Notes: generated by a model from the sequence alone, not told the origin. 64,000 nt of DNA from an uncultured Collinsella sp. (GCA_900541025.1 UQIL01000006.1:31519-95518), one strand, 5' to 3'; counted from the stretch's first letter, positions 8,992 to 18,088 are shown. Numbers and translations are program-made.

Positions 8992-9960
8992 ATGAACGCA
9001 CATGATCTGATTAAGGAAGCAATTGCCGAGAAGGGCAAGTTCGACAGCGTCTACTGGATTGCTTGCGGTGGCTCCATGATCGATTTGATCCCGGCTCATG
9101 AGCTTCTGCAGCGCGAGGCAACCACCTTCACTTCGTATATCTATACCGCGCGTGAATTCGACATTATGCGTCCGCGTCGTCTGGGCGAGAAGTCCCTGGT
9201 CATCGCTTGTAGCCATAGTGGCAACACCCCGGAGGTCGTCGAGGGCTGCGAGATTGCCCTTGCTGCCGGCGCTACGGTGATCGCCCAGACCGACAACGCT
9301 GGATCCAAGATCGACTCCGGCAAGTGGACCACGTGGGTCTACCCATGGGGCGAGGGCGTGCCGCAGGCCGAGGTCCCCGCTGGCATTTCGCTGTCGCTTG
9401 CAGCAGAGCTGCTCGATCAGCAGGAGGGCTACGCCGATCTTGCCGATATGTATGCCGGTATTGCCGAGATGGATAAGATTCTTCCCCCGGCACGCGAGAA
9501 GGTAAATGCCGAGCTGGGCGATCGCTTTGCCAAGCTTTGCCAGGAGCACGAGTTCTTCTATATTCTGGGCAGCGGTCCCAACTTTAGCCAGACCTACGGT
9601 TTCGCTATCTGCTCTCTTATGGAGATGCAGTGGCAGCACTGCAGCTACATCCACTCTGCCGAGTACTTCCATGGCCCCTTCGAGGCTACTCAGGATGGCG
9701 TCTTCTACTTCTTGCAGATGGGCTCGAGCGAGTGCCGTCCTATGGACGAGCGCGCCCTGGCGTTCCTCGAGACCCATACCGACACGCTGATGGTGCTTGA
9801 TGCCAAGGAGTACGGTATGGAGGCCGTGCCGGCGAGCGTTCGTGCCTATCTGGATCCGGTGCTGTTCTACGCTATGAACTGCGAGCTGCGTGCAGCGCGC
9901 GGCAAGGTGTTCGATCACGACCCCGACTTCCGCCGCTACATGGGCGTTGTTGAGTACTAG
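8992..9960 (+). CDS. SIS-domain fructosamine-6-phosphate deglycase-like protein (FrlB-like)
   Basis: Double SIS layout. The C-terminal ...DHDPDFRRYMGVVEY mirrors the E. coli FrlB tail ...DERRYYGGLVEY as I remember it. ATG 8992. Confidence 0.8.
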   Translation: MNAHDLIKEAIAEKGKFDSVYWIACGGSMIDLIPAHELLQREATTFTSYIYTAREFDIMRPRRLGEKSLVIACSHSGNTPEVVEGCEIALAAGATVIAQTDNAGSKIDSGKWTTWVYPWGEGVPQAEVPAGISLSLAAELLDQQEGYADLADMYAGIAEMDKILPPAREKVNAELGDRFAKLCQEHEFFYILGSGPNFSQTYGFAICSLMEMQWQHCSYIHSAEYFHGPFEATQDGVFYFLQMGSSECRPMDERALAFLETHTDTLMVLDAKEYGMEAVPASVRAYLDPVLFYAMNCELRAARGKVFDHDPDFRRYMGVVEY

Positions 9961-9974
9961 GAAGGATGGATACC

Positions 9975-10838
9975 ATGGCTTTTAACGTGAACGCGCTCGG
10001 GTTCGGTGACAACGTCGTCGATCGCTATGAGCATATCCATACCATGTATCCCGGCGGCAATGCGGTGAATTTTGCCGTTTACGCCAAGAAGTGCGGCGCC
10101 GCGCGCTCCGCGTACATGGGCATCTTTGGTAACGACGCCGCTGCCGAGCATGTGATTGCAAGTCTCGAGGATGAGGGCATCGAGCTCGCTAAGTGCGAGC
10201 AGCTTATTGGCGAGAACGGCGCGGCGCGTGTGACCGTGGTCGATGGCGACCGCGTATTCCTCGGCTCCAACGAGGGCGGCATCCGTGGCGATGCGCGCTA
10301 TGTGCTCGATCGCTTCGATCTGGCATACATGAAGCAGTTCGACGTAGTCCACTCGGGCAACTACTGCTTTACCGAGCGCGAGCTCCCCAAGCTGAAGGCT
10401 GCAGGCATCACCGTATCGTTTGACTTCTCGGACGATTCCACCGATGAATACTATGAGCAGATTGCCCCGTTTGTTGACTTCGCCTTCTTTAGCGCTGCCG
10501 ATGCTGCAAGTGAGGATGAGATTCGCGAGCGCCTCGCTTGGGTTAAGAATTTGGGCCCGCGCTTTGTGTCCGCAACGGCGGGCGCCGAGGGCTGCATCGC
10601 CTATGACGGCGAGCGCTACTATCGCCAGCTGGCAAAGCCCGTAACGGACATGAAGGACACCATGGGAGCCGGTGACTCGTTCCTGACCTCATTCCTGATG
10701 TGCTATCTCGATTCCGCCAAGTGCGGCGAGGACGGACCTGAGGCCATTGAGCGTGCGCTCGATTTTGCGGCAGGTTTTGCCTCGACCGTGTGCGGCATGG
10801 AGGGCTCTTGGGGCCACGGAGCTCCGATCACCGAGTAG
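9975..10838 (+). CDS. PfkB-family fructosamine/fructoselysine kinase-like (FrlD-like), copy 1
   Basis: GDNVVD...GGNAVNFAV, DRVF, FDFSD, DFAF and the TMGAGDSF motifs parallel FrlD. The start may be 9975 or 9966. Confidence 0.8.
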   Translation: MAFNVNALGFGDNVVDRYEHIHTMYPGGNAVNFAVYAKKCGAARSAYMGIFGNDAAAEHVIASLEDEGIELAKCEQLIGENGAARVTVVDGDRVFLGSNEGGIRGDARYVLDRFDLAYMKQFDVVHSGNYCFTERELPKLKAAGITVSFDFSDDSTDEYYEQIAPFVDFAFFSAADAASEDEIRERLAWVKNLGPRFVSATAGAEGCIAYDGERYYRQLAKPVTDMKDTMGAGDSFLTSFLMCYLDSAKCGEDGPEAIERALDFAAGFASTVCGMEGSWGHGAPITE

Positions 10839-10910
10839 CCTGAGAAAGCGCTGGGAGGCTTGGGGCTGAAGCCTTGGCTGACTGACGCTAGATTACATCG
10901 GAATTCGGAT

Positions 10911-10940
10911 AGGGGCTCGCCTTGGGTGGGCCCCTTTTTG
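10911..10940 (+). terminator. candidate rho-independent terminator
   Basis: AGGGGC...GCCCCT stem followed by TTTTT. Confidence 0.5.
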
Positions 10941-10956
10941 ATTGCTGGAGAAGACT

Positions 10957-11757
10957 ATGGATATCAAAGCATGTGCAGCTGGCTTTTGCTGTGCGGACGT
11001 GTACCAAAACATCGGCGTGTTCTATCCGACTGGCAATGGCATCGACTGGGGTATCCACCTGGCGCGAATGGGCATATCGGTATCTGCGGTGTCGGTCGTC
11101 GGAAAGGACGAGTACGGAGACAAAATGCGCGAGGCGCTGGCTGCCGAGGGGTTCGACATCTCGCATCTTCGCGTGGAGGACGGCGATACCTCGGTGATGC
11201 TCATGGCGTTGAAGGACGGCGTCGACCGCGTGCATCTCGAAGCGATTGACGGTGTCATGGAAACGTACCGACCAAACGATGATGACCGGGCATTTATCCT
11301 GGAGCACGATGTCATCCATACCGACCTGTTTGGAAACTGCTTAGACCTGCTGCCCGAATGGCACGAGGCAGGCAAGACCGTCGTCATGGACTTTTCGGTG
11401 TTCAGTCAAGATCCCGAATACGCCTGTGAGAACCATTTTCCTTACGTTGACTATGCCTTTATGTCGTTTGAGGAGGATAGCGCGGAGCTGCGCGACTGGG
11501 TGCGCCATGTGCAGGAGCTGGGCCCGCGCGTGGCAGTCGCCACACTTGGCGAGAAGGGAAGCATCGCCTATGACGGTGAGCGCTTCTATGAATGTGGGAT
11601 CGTGCCGGCCGAGAAGGTTGTCAATACCGTGGGCGCCGGCGACTCGTATATCGCCGGATTCACCAAGGGTGTACTGGATGGGCTTGACGTGCCGGCGTGC
11701 ATGCATGCCGGTGCCGAGCTTTCGTCCCGAGTCATTGGGTCGTTCGAACCGTACTAG
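10957..11757 (+). CDS. PfkB-family sugar kinase, FrlD-like paralog (copy 2)
   Basis: ATG 10957 (SD GGAGAAG). Carries TVGAGDSYIAGF and the same overall architecture as copy 1, but is clearly divergent. Confidence 0.8.
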   Translation: MDIKACAAGFCCADVYQNIGVFYPTGNGIDWGIHLARMGISVSAVSVVGKDEYGDKMREALAAEGFDISHLRVEDGDTSVMLMALKDGVDRVHLEAIDGVMETYRPNDDDRAFILEHDVIHTDLFGNCLDLLPEWHEAGKTVVMDFSVFSQDPEYACENHFPYVDYAFMSFEEDSAELRDWVRHVQELGPRVAVATLGEKGSIAYDGERFYECGIVPAEKVVNTVGAGDSYIAGFTKGVLDGLDVPACMHAGAELSSRVIGSFEPY

Positions 11758-11784
11758 GAATAAAAGCCTGGAAAGGAGTGCAAG

Positions 11785-12645
11785 ATGGTAATCGATATGC
11801 TGGTCCAGCCCATGCTCTACGGCGAGATCTATACGCCAGGCGACGAGCCAGACGGCTTTGGTTTTTGGGAGCGTGAGTTTTGCATGGGGCACATGGGCCC
11901 CATGGACTGGGATGAGCTCGTGGCCGAAATGGATGTCTGCGATGTGCGGAAAAGCGTGCTCATGCCGCTCGATGTGACCACGGCGTGCGGCGGGCACTTT
12001 GGCACCAACGACCAGGTTGCCGCGCTTGTTGCCGCGCACCCCGATCGCCTATGGGGATTCGCGAGCGTGGACCCGCAAGTGAGTGGCGCCGCCGATGAGC
12101 TGGAGCGTGCCTTTACCGAGCTGGGGGCCAAGGGGCTCTGCCTGCATCCGGCAAAGCAAGGTTTTGCGCCCGATGATGCCGTGGCCGAGCCGCTCTACAA
12201 GCTCTGTGAGCGCTACAACAAGCCGGTGGTTTTCCATGCCGGTATGTCCTGGGAGCCGGGTGCGGAGCTTTCGCGAAGCCACCCGCTTGCGTTTGAGCAC
12301 ACCATCGCAACGCATCCGGATGTGCGCTTTAACCTGACGCACTTTGGCTGGCCCTGGGTGCGCGAGACCGTGGCGATGCTGCTCAAGTATCCCAATTGCT
12401 ATACGGATGCCTCTATTACCTATATCGATTCGCCCGAAGAAATGATGCAGCGGCTCTTCACCGTCGATATGGGACCGCTGTGGTATGAGCGTACCCTGTC
12501 TCATCAGGTGATGTTTGCCAGCAATACGCCACGCTTCCGCGCCTTCAAGCTCAAGCGGGCGCTTGATACTGTGCCCATGCGCGATGAGGCGCGGGAGAAT
12601 CTGTATTCTGGCACGGCGCTGCGTTTTCTGAAAGGTGATGAGTGA
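11785..12645 (+). CDS. amidohydrolase-2 (TIM-barrel metal-dependent hydrolase/decarboxylase) family protein
   Basis: 286 aa, SD GGAAAGGAG. Family-like HPAKQGF, VVFHAG and THFGWPW segments. The N-terminal HxH is not evident. Confidence 0.7.
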   Translation: MVIDMLVQPMLYGEIYTPGDEPDGFGFWEREFCMGHMGPMDWDELVAEMDVCDVRKSVLMPLDVTTACGGHFGTNDQVAALVAAHPDRLWGFASVDPQVSGAADELERAFTELGAKGLCLHPAKQGFAPDDAVAEPLYKLCERYNKPVVFHAGMSWEPGAELSRSHPLAFEHTIATHPDVRFNLTHFGWPWVRETVAMLLKYPNCYTDASITYIDSPEEMMQRLFTVDMGPLWYERTLSHQVMFASNTPRFRAFKLKRALDTVPMRDEARENLYSGTALRFLKGDE

Positions 12646-13075
12646 CATGGTGACACTTGAGACATTGAGCTATCTATCGACGGCGCCCGACCAGTTCATC
12701 GACATCACAGAAGATGTGCATGCCGCCATCGAGCGTAGTGCGGTGACCGACGGACTGGCAGCGATTATTTTGTCGCATACGACTTGTGGCATCGTGGTGA
12801 ACGAGGGGCTTCCGTGCGTGGAGACCGATCTCATGGAGACGCTCGATCGCATTGCCCCGCCCGATGCCCCCTATGCGCATGCTCATTTCTTGCCGAGCTA
12901 TGGTGCCACGGGCAATAACTCCTGTGGTCATATCAAGAGCATGATTTGCGGCAATAGCTGCTTCTTCCCCGTTCAAGACGGCCACATTGTATGTGGCGGG
13001 GCCCAGAACATCTACCTTGCGGAGTTCGATGGACCTCAGAAGCGAAAAGTGTTCGTTGAGGTGCTGGGCGAGTAG
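12638..13075 (+). CDS. YjbQ/UPF0047 family protein (secondary thiamine-phosphate synthase-like)
   Basis: About 145 aa with HTTCGIVVNE and the GHIKS...G motifs. It overlaps the upstream stop. The start (12635, 12638 or 12647) is ambiguous. Confidence 0.8.
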   Translation: MSDMVTLETLSYLSTAPDQFIDITEDVHAAIERSAVTDGLAAIILSHTTCGIVVNEGLPCVETDLMETLDRIAPPDAPYAHAHFLPSYGATGNNSCGHIKSMICGNSCFFPVQDGHIVCGGAQNIYLAEFDGPQKRKVFVEVLGE

Positions 13076-13116
13076 CAGTTGATGTCTGTGAGTCGGCGAG
13101 CTAAAGGAGATTGACC

Positions 13117-13926
13117 ATGTCGTTTATGGCTTCGATGTTTGGGACCGAGAAACCGGTAATTGGCATGCTGCATCTGCAGCCGCTGCCTGGCGATCCTCTG
13201 TATTATCCGGGCGGCAGCGTTTCGCGCGTGATCGATGCCGCCAAGCGCGATCTCGAAGCGCTGCAGTCGGGTGGCGTGGACGGCATTCTGATCACCAATG
13301 AGCTATCGATGCCCTACGAGCAGCATGTGTCGGCAGTGACCCTTGCCGCTATGGGGCATGTCATCGGAGCTCTTGCCGCAGATTTCTCGACCCCTTGGGG
13401 TGCAGAGGCTATTTATGACGGCGATGCCACGATCGAGCTGTGCGCCGCCGTTGAGGCGCAGTTTACACGCTGCAATTTCTGCGGTGCCTGGGCTGGCGAT
13501 CTTGGCCTGATCAATCGTGACTTTGCGCACACCATGCGCCGCCGTGCCGCCCTGCGTCTGGATGACCTAAAGATGTTCCATTTCATCACAAGCGAGGGCG
13601 AGGTGTACCTTAACGACCGATCGACTCCCGATATTGCCGATTCGCTGGTATTCAACTGCCTACCCGACGCCCTTGTTATTGGCGGGTCTGCTGCCGGGCG
13701 CGGCGCTTCGGGCGAGCTTGCCGACGAGGTGCGCGTCCGTGTTGGCGATGTGCCGGTGGTATGTGGAACGGGATGTCGCGAGAATACCGTTGCAGACGTG
13801 TTTTCGCATTATGATGGCGCGTTTGTCGGTACCTGCCTCAAGCGAGACGGCAAGCTCGACGCCCCTGTCGAAGCCGAACGGGTCGCGCGGTTCATGGCTG
13901 CCGCCCGTGCCGCGAGAGGGGAGTGA
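13117..13926 (+). CDS. BtpA/SgcQ family TIM-barrel protein
   Basis: KPVIGMLHLQPLPGDP...GVDGILITNE pattern. ATG 13117 follows SD AAGGAG. Confidence 0.8.
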   Translation: MSFMASMFGTEKPVIGMLHLQPLPGDPLYYPGGSVSRVIDAAKRDLEALQSGGVDGILITNELSMPYEQHVSAVTLAAMGHVIGALAADFSTPWGAEAIYDGDATIELCAAVEAQFTRCNFCGAWAGDLGLINRDFAHTMRRRAALRLDDLKMFHFITSEGEVYLNDRSTPDIADSLVFNCLPDALVIGGSAAGRGASGELADEVRVRVGDVPVVCGTGCRENTVADVFSHYDGAFVGTCLKRDGKLDAPVEAERVARFMAAARAARGE

Positions 13927-13931
13927 GCGGC

Positions 13932-15449
13932 ATGCCGTACTATCTTGGCATCGACATTGGAACGAGTGCGTCCAAGGGCGTGTTAATTGATGCGGAGTGT
14001 CGAATTGTGGCGCAGGCATCTTGCCAACATGAAACCGAGAACCCTCAGGATGGTTGGTATCAGCACGATACAGAAGCGATTTGGTGGGGTGATTTTTGCC
14101 GGCTGTCTCGCGAGCTTATCGAGCGCGCGGGCATCGAGGCCAACCAGATCCGCTGCGTAGGGTTGTCGGCTTTGGGCTGTGATTGCGTGCCGGTCGATGA
14201 AGATTGCCACGCCTTGGCTCCGGCAATTCTCTACGGGGTCGATGCTCGCTCGAAGCCGCAGATTGACGAGCTTCTTTCCGAATATGGCCCCGATCGCGCT
14301 CGCGAGCTCTTTGGACACGATCCGTGTTCGTCGGATATCGCCCCTAAGGTCCTTTGGTTTAAGGAGAATATGCCCGAGGTCCATGAGCGGGCGGCGAAGT
14401 TTCTTACGGCTTCGTCCTATCTATGCGCCAAGCTTACCGGCAGGTTTACGATCGACCGTTACCTTGCCGAGGATTTCCTTCCCTTATACGATCGTGAGAC
14501 GTGGCAGGTTAATGAGCGCGGGTGCGCGCGGTTCTGCCGTCCTGACCAGATGGCCGAAGTCATGGCGGCGACCGATATCGCCGGCGTAATCACGGATCGG
14601 GCGGCGGTTGAAACCGGTCTTGCGAGGGATACGCCGGTGCTTGTCGGAACAGGCGATTCGGGCGCCGAGGCGATTTCTACTGGAGTGTTCTGCCCCGGGG
14701 ACATGATGGTGCAACTCGGGAGCACGGCCTACTTTATCTATTTGGCGGACCATATGGTCGATGACGCTCGTCTATGGCCAGGGACATTCATCATCCCCGG
14801 AACCTACGGCATCTGCGCCGGGACCAATACAGCAGGTGCGTTGACGGCGTGGTTGCGACGCGAGTTGTACCGCGATGTCATGGATGCCGAACACTCCGGC
14901 GGTCCCGATGCCTATGAGGTCATGGCGCACGATGCCGGGCAGGTAGGTCCTGGAGCAGATGGCCTGCTGTGTCTTCCATACTTTGCGGGCGAGCGCACCC
15001 CGCTCAACGATCCCGAGGCGCGTGGCGTGTTCTTCGGTCTGACCGAAAGGCATACCCGGGGCCATATGGTCCGCGCGGCTTTGGAAGGGATCGCCTACAC
15101 TGTTGCGGCTCATGTCGACATCATCGAGCGCGAGCACGGGCTTCCCATCGAGCGCATCATGCTCGTGGGCGGCGGAACTAAGAATCCGGTATGGATGCAG
15201 GCGATTGCCGATGTCTGCGGTCGTGAGGTCTCGGTTGCGAAGGTTACGGTGGGCGCATGTTTTGGCGATGCTCTTATGGCGGCACTTGCTGGCGGCGCCT
15301 ATTCATCATGGGGTGAGCTTGCCCGGGTTCTTGGGGTCGCGCAAACGATCGAGCCTGATATGGACGCTCATGAGCTGTACGCATCGCGCCGCCGTATCTT
15401 TGATGAGCTATATGCGCGAAATTGCGACCTTATGCACGAGCTAGTATAG
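13932..15449 (+). CDS. FGGY-family carbohydrate kinase (xylulokinase-like)
   Basis: YYLGIDIGTSASKG N-terminus and a C-terminal GGGTKNPVWMQ. ATG 13932 follows SD GAGGGGAG. Confidence 0.85.
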   Translation: MPYYLGIDIGTSASKGVLIDAECRIVAQASCQHETENPQDGWYQHDTEAIWWGDFCRLSRELIERAGIEANQIRCVGLSALGCDCVPVDEDCHALAPAILYGVDARSKPQIDELLSEYGPDRARELFGHDPCSSDIAPKVLWFKENMPEVHERAAKFLTASSYLCAKLTGRFTIDRYLAEDFLPLYDRETWQVNERGCARFCRPDQMAEVMAATDIAGVITDRAAVETGLARDTPVLVGTGDSGAEAISTGVFCPGDMMVQLGSTAYFIYLADHMVDDARLWPGTFIIPGTYGICAGTNTAGALTAWLRRELYRDVMDAEHSGGPDAYEVMAHDAGQVGPGADGLLCLPYFAGERTPLNDPEARGVFFGLTERHTRGHMVRAALEGIAYTVAAHVDIIEREHGLPIERIMLVGGGTKNPVWMQAIADVCGREVSVAKVTVGACFGDALMAALAGGAYSSWGELARVLGVAQTIEPDMDAHELYASRRRIFDELYARNCDLMHELV

Positions 15450-15516
15450 CGCCGCCGAATTGCCCCACGCTCTTATGGGGGGCTGCGTTGTGCGATTCGC
15501 ATGTCCCTTGAGGGTC

Positions 15517-15746
15517 GTGGGCAAAAAATGCCAAATATGAGTACTGTCACAAATTTAGTAGCAGCAAAATTTGGCTCTTGAGGTCCAAGTTGAGTGTCTG
15601 CGGACAACTTAAAGCCGTCTAATATGTCCCTGGGTATGCTAAAACGACCTGATAATGAACAGTTGTACATTATCAGGTCGTTGTTTTGGTGCAAAATAAT
15701 GTGACCAGTTTTACAACAGTACTCATATTTGGCATTTTTTGCCCAC
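15517..15746. repeat. 230-bp element bounded by perfect 31-bp terminal inverted repeats (MITE-like, or a giant hairpin)
   Basis: GTGGGCAAAAAATGCCAAATATGAGTACTGT (15517-15547) is the exact reverse complement of 15716-15746. The interior is AT-richer. Confidence 0.6.
15643..15682. terminator. bidirectional hairpin terminator inside the IR element
   Basis: AACGACCTGATAATG / CATTATCAGGTCGTT 15-bp perfect stem, flanked by AAAA and GTTTT. Confidence 0.6.
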
Positions 15747-15751
15747 CGAGG

Positions 15752-16534
15752 TCAGCGGAAGTCGAAAATGGAGTGGGAATTATCCAGGACGACCGACTTG
15801 ATGCTCTCCTCGGGGCAGTTTTTAAGCGCAGCAATGACCTCGGATACTCTTATGAGTGAATCGACGAGCTGTCGCGCGGATGTTTCCGCGTCTGGTTCGG
15901 CCGGCGCGTCGGTTTCGAGTAGCAAGCGATCAAGTGGAATCTGTCGCGCGTATTCGCGCCCACGTTTGGTCGCAAGCATGCGTTCATTCACGGAAAAGTA
16001 GCAGCCCGCAATGCGTGCGCGGACAAACTCATCTGAGGTGCCGCTAAACCAGTGGAAGATAATGGTGGGGGAGTTGGGGACGTCCTTTAGAAGGTCGTTC
16101 GACTCCAAAGTGTCCAAAGTTGCTCCCGCCGCGCGAACGGCGTGAATGGATAGAACGCGTCCAGGTAGCGGGGACTGCGATAACGTTCGGCATAGCCGTT
16201 CAAATGCCTGCGTCTGGTTTCCCTCGGTGCCTGCAAAGCGTGGCGAGAAATCGAGCCCGACCTCGCCGATAAACCGTTCCCGGATGGCGAGTTCACAAAG
16301 CAGGCCGACCTCGGCGGTTCCGCATCGGCCGTCGGCAATCCACCAGGGGTGGAGGCCCACCCCTGCAATAACGTTGGGACTACTGCTGGCGCGTTCGGAT
16401 GCTGACGCAAAATCGCGTGGATCGACGCCGCAATCAAAGAGCTCCAGTCCCATCGCTGCGGCTTCGTGGGCAACGGTGTTCGGGCTGGCCATCAGGTCGA
16501 GGTGACAGTGAGCATCAAAGGACTGCAGCTTCAT
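15752..16534 (-). CDS. TatD-family metal-dependent hydrolase
   Basis: FDAHCHLD N-terminus, 260 aa. Confidence 0.85.
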   Translation of the reverse strand: MKLQSFDAHCHLDLMASPNTVAHEAAAMGLELFDCGVDPRDFASASERASSSPNVIAGVGLHPWWIADGRCGTAEVGLLCELAIRERFIGEVGLDFSPRFAGTEGNQTQAFERLCRTLSQSPLPGRVLSIHAVRAAGATLDTLESNDLLKDVPNSPTIIFHWFSGTSDEFVRARIAGCYFSVNERMLATKRGREYARQIPLDRLLLETDAPAEPDAETSARQLVDSLIRVSEVIAALKNCPEESIKSVVLDNSHSIFDFR

Positions 16535-16548
16535 CGCGGTGTGCCTTG

Positions 16549-17346
16549 CTAGTCCAGGCGCTGGCCGTCGGCGCGAACGCGCTCGGTACCGCGTCCACTG
16601 ATCTTGCGAATAACCTCGCCGGCAATCATCTGGCCCATGATGGGCGGCATAAAGCTGGCGGTTCCGAGCTCGGTGCGCTCGTGGATGTTGGAGGGGTCAC
16701 GGCGCTGAGTCTTGACCGACTCCTCGCAGCTAAATAGAACGTGCAGGCTCTTGATGCCACGTTTTTTGCACTCTTTGCGCATGATACGGCTCATGGGGTC
16801 GCGCACCGTGTCAAAGATATCGGCGAAGCGCAGGCATTCGGGATGCAGCTTGTTGCCGCCGCCCATGGAGCTCACCAGGCGAATGTCGTGGTCCTGAGCA
16901 TACTTGGCGACGGTGAGCTTGGCCGAGATGGTATCGATGGCGTCGATAACGTAGTCGAGCGTGCCACCTGTCTGCTCCAGAACGCTCGCGAAGAATTCGT
17001 CGATGTTGTCGCTCAGCAGGTATTCGGTGCGCTTGATGACGGTGGCGGCAGGGTTGATGTCATGGATCATGGCCTCCATGACGTCGACTTTACGCTTGCC
17101 GATGGTGCTGTGAAATGCGATGGCCTGACGGTTGATATTGCTGGGCGCAATGATGTCTTTATCCAGAATTACGAAATGGCCGATGCCGCCGCGGGCGAAC
17201 GCTTCGCAGCAGTTAGAGCCCACGCCGCCGCAGCCGAGCACCAACACCGTGGCGTCGGCGAGCTTGTCGAGCGCCTCGCGCCCCATGATGATCTCGAGCT
17301 TGGTGTCGCGCGTCTCGACGGGAGCGGCGGCTGCGGTTTCGGTCAT
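16549..17346 (-). CDS. tcdA: ThiF/MoeB-fold tRNA threonylcarbamoyladenosine dehydratase-like (TcdA/CsdL)
   Basis: VLVLGCGGVGS Rossmann motif, NINRQ, and about 265 aa. SD GGAGG. Confidence 0.75.
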   Translation of the reverse strand: MTETAAAAPVETRDTKLEIIMGREALDKLADATVLVLGCGGVGSNCCEAFARGGIGHFVILDKDIIAPSNINRQAIAFHSTIGKRKVDVMEAMIHDINPAATVIKRTEYLLSDNIDEFFASVLEQTGGTLDYVIDAIDTISAKLTVAKYAQDHDIRLVSSMGGGNKLHPECLRFADIFDTVRDPMSRIMRKECKKRGIKSLHVLFSCEESVKTQRRDPSNIHERTELGTASFMPPIMGQMIAGEVIRKISGRGTERVRADGQRLD

Positions 17347-17554
17347 AGATATCCTCCGATGGGGAAGTAATTAACGTAATTGGCTATCGCCATTATAGGT
17401 ATTATTCTGCCTCCATTTGAGGCCTTGGGGCATGTTGAAATGAAGCGGGGATTCGCATAAGATTGAAGCAGATGGCACCCGTGGCCGCGGGTTGGCCAAC
17501 TCCGAAACACGTTTATGGCGTGAGAAGTGGCCGTCTTCGCATTACGCGGGGGCG

Positions 17555-17641
17555 GCTATTTCATTCGACCTCCAATGTGGATGCCGAGCTCCACAGCCGC
17601 GATTACAAGCAATAACAACGTCAGGACATCGTCAATACTCA
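17555..17641 (-). CDS. 28-aa hydrophobic peptide MSIDDVLTLLLLVIAAVELGIHIGGRMK (candidate small membrane toxin-like ORF)
   Basis: Own translation. Strong SD GAAGGAGATGG lies 4 nt before the ATG (17639-17641), with a possible -10 TACAAT upstream. It sits in a 460-nt intergenic region and is too short for the ORF track. Confidence 0.4.
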
Positions 17642-17746
17642 TAGTCCATCTCCTTCTCTGGTAGAGGGGAGCTGGCCCATCTGCTTCTAACGGTATTGTA
17701 ACTAAAAGCGAACGAGTGTTCTATGGCTATTGCTGAATTAGATAAT

Positions 17747-17775
17747 TAGACAAACATCTAAATATCGAGTATAGT
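17747..17775 (+). promoter_or_regulatory. candidate sigma-70-type promoter of the arsR-sdpI operon
   Basis: TAGACA-17 nt-TATAGT. TTAGAT-N12-ATCTAA inverted half-sites overlap the -35/spacer. Confidence 0.4.
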
Positions 17776-17809
17776 GTGCGCGTCGAACGAACTGGTGAGA
17801 GGAGGTTCT

Positions 17810-18088
17810 ATGCCGGGAGAGGGTTTTAAGGCGCTTGCCGATCCAACGCGACGGCGCATTTTGGAGTTGCTGCGCGAGGGCAATTGCACGGCGGGGGAGC
17901 TTGCCGAGCATTTCGATATCAGTAAGCCGTCGTTGAGCCATCACTTGGCGACGCTCAAAAACGCCGGGTTGGTGACCGACGAGCGCCATGGCCAAAACAT
18001 CGTATACAGCTTAAACACCACCGTCATGCAGGATTTAATTGGCTGGTTTATGGGCTTTACAAACACGGAAGGTGATAAGGATGAATAA
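17810..18088 (+). CDS. ArsR/SdpR-family transcriptional repressor
   Basis: FKALADPTRRRILELL...ELAEHFDISKPSLSHHL wHTH. ATG 17810 follows SD GGAGG. Confidence 0.85.
   Translation: MPGEGFKALADPTRRRILELLREGNCTAGELAEHFDISKPSLSHHLATLKNAGLVTDERHGQNIVYSLNTTVMQDLIGWFMGFTNTEGDKDE

Noticed and set aside
15473-15694. 73-aa minus-strand ORF inside the inverted-repeat element
   Set aside because: It has no RBS, crosses the hairpin terminator, and has low-complexity AT-driven codons. The transposase-like function one would hope for is far too large to fit.
15511-15753. Target-site duplication flanking the 31-bp TIR element
   Set aside because: The flanks read GAGGGTC (left) and CGAGGTC (right). They are similar but neither identical nor immediately abutting, so I do not claim a TSD.
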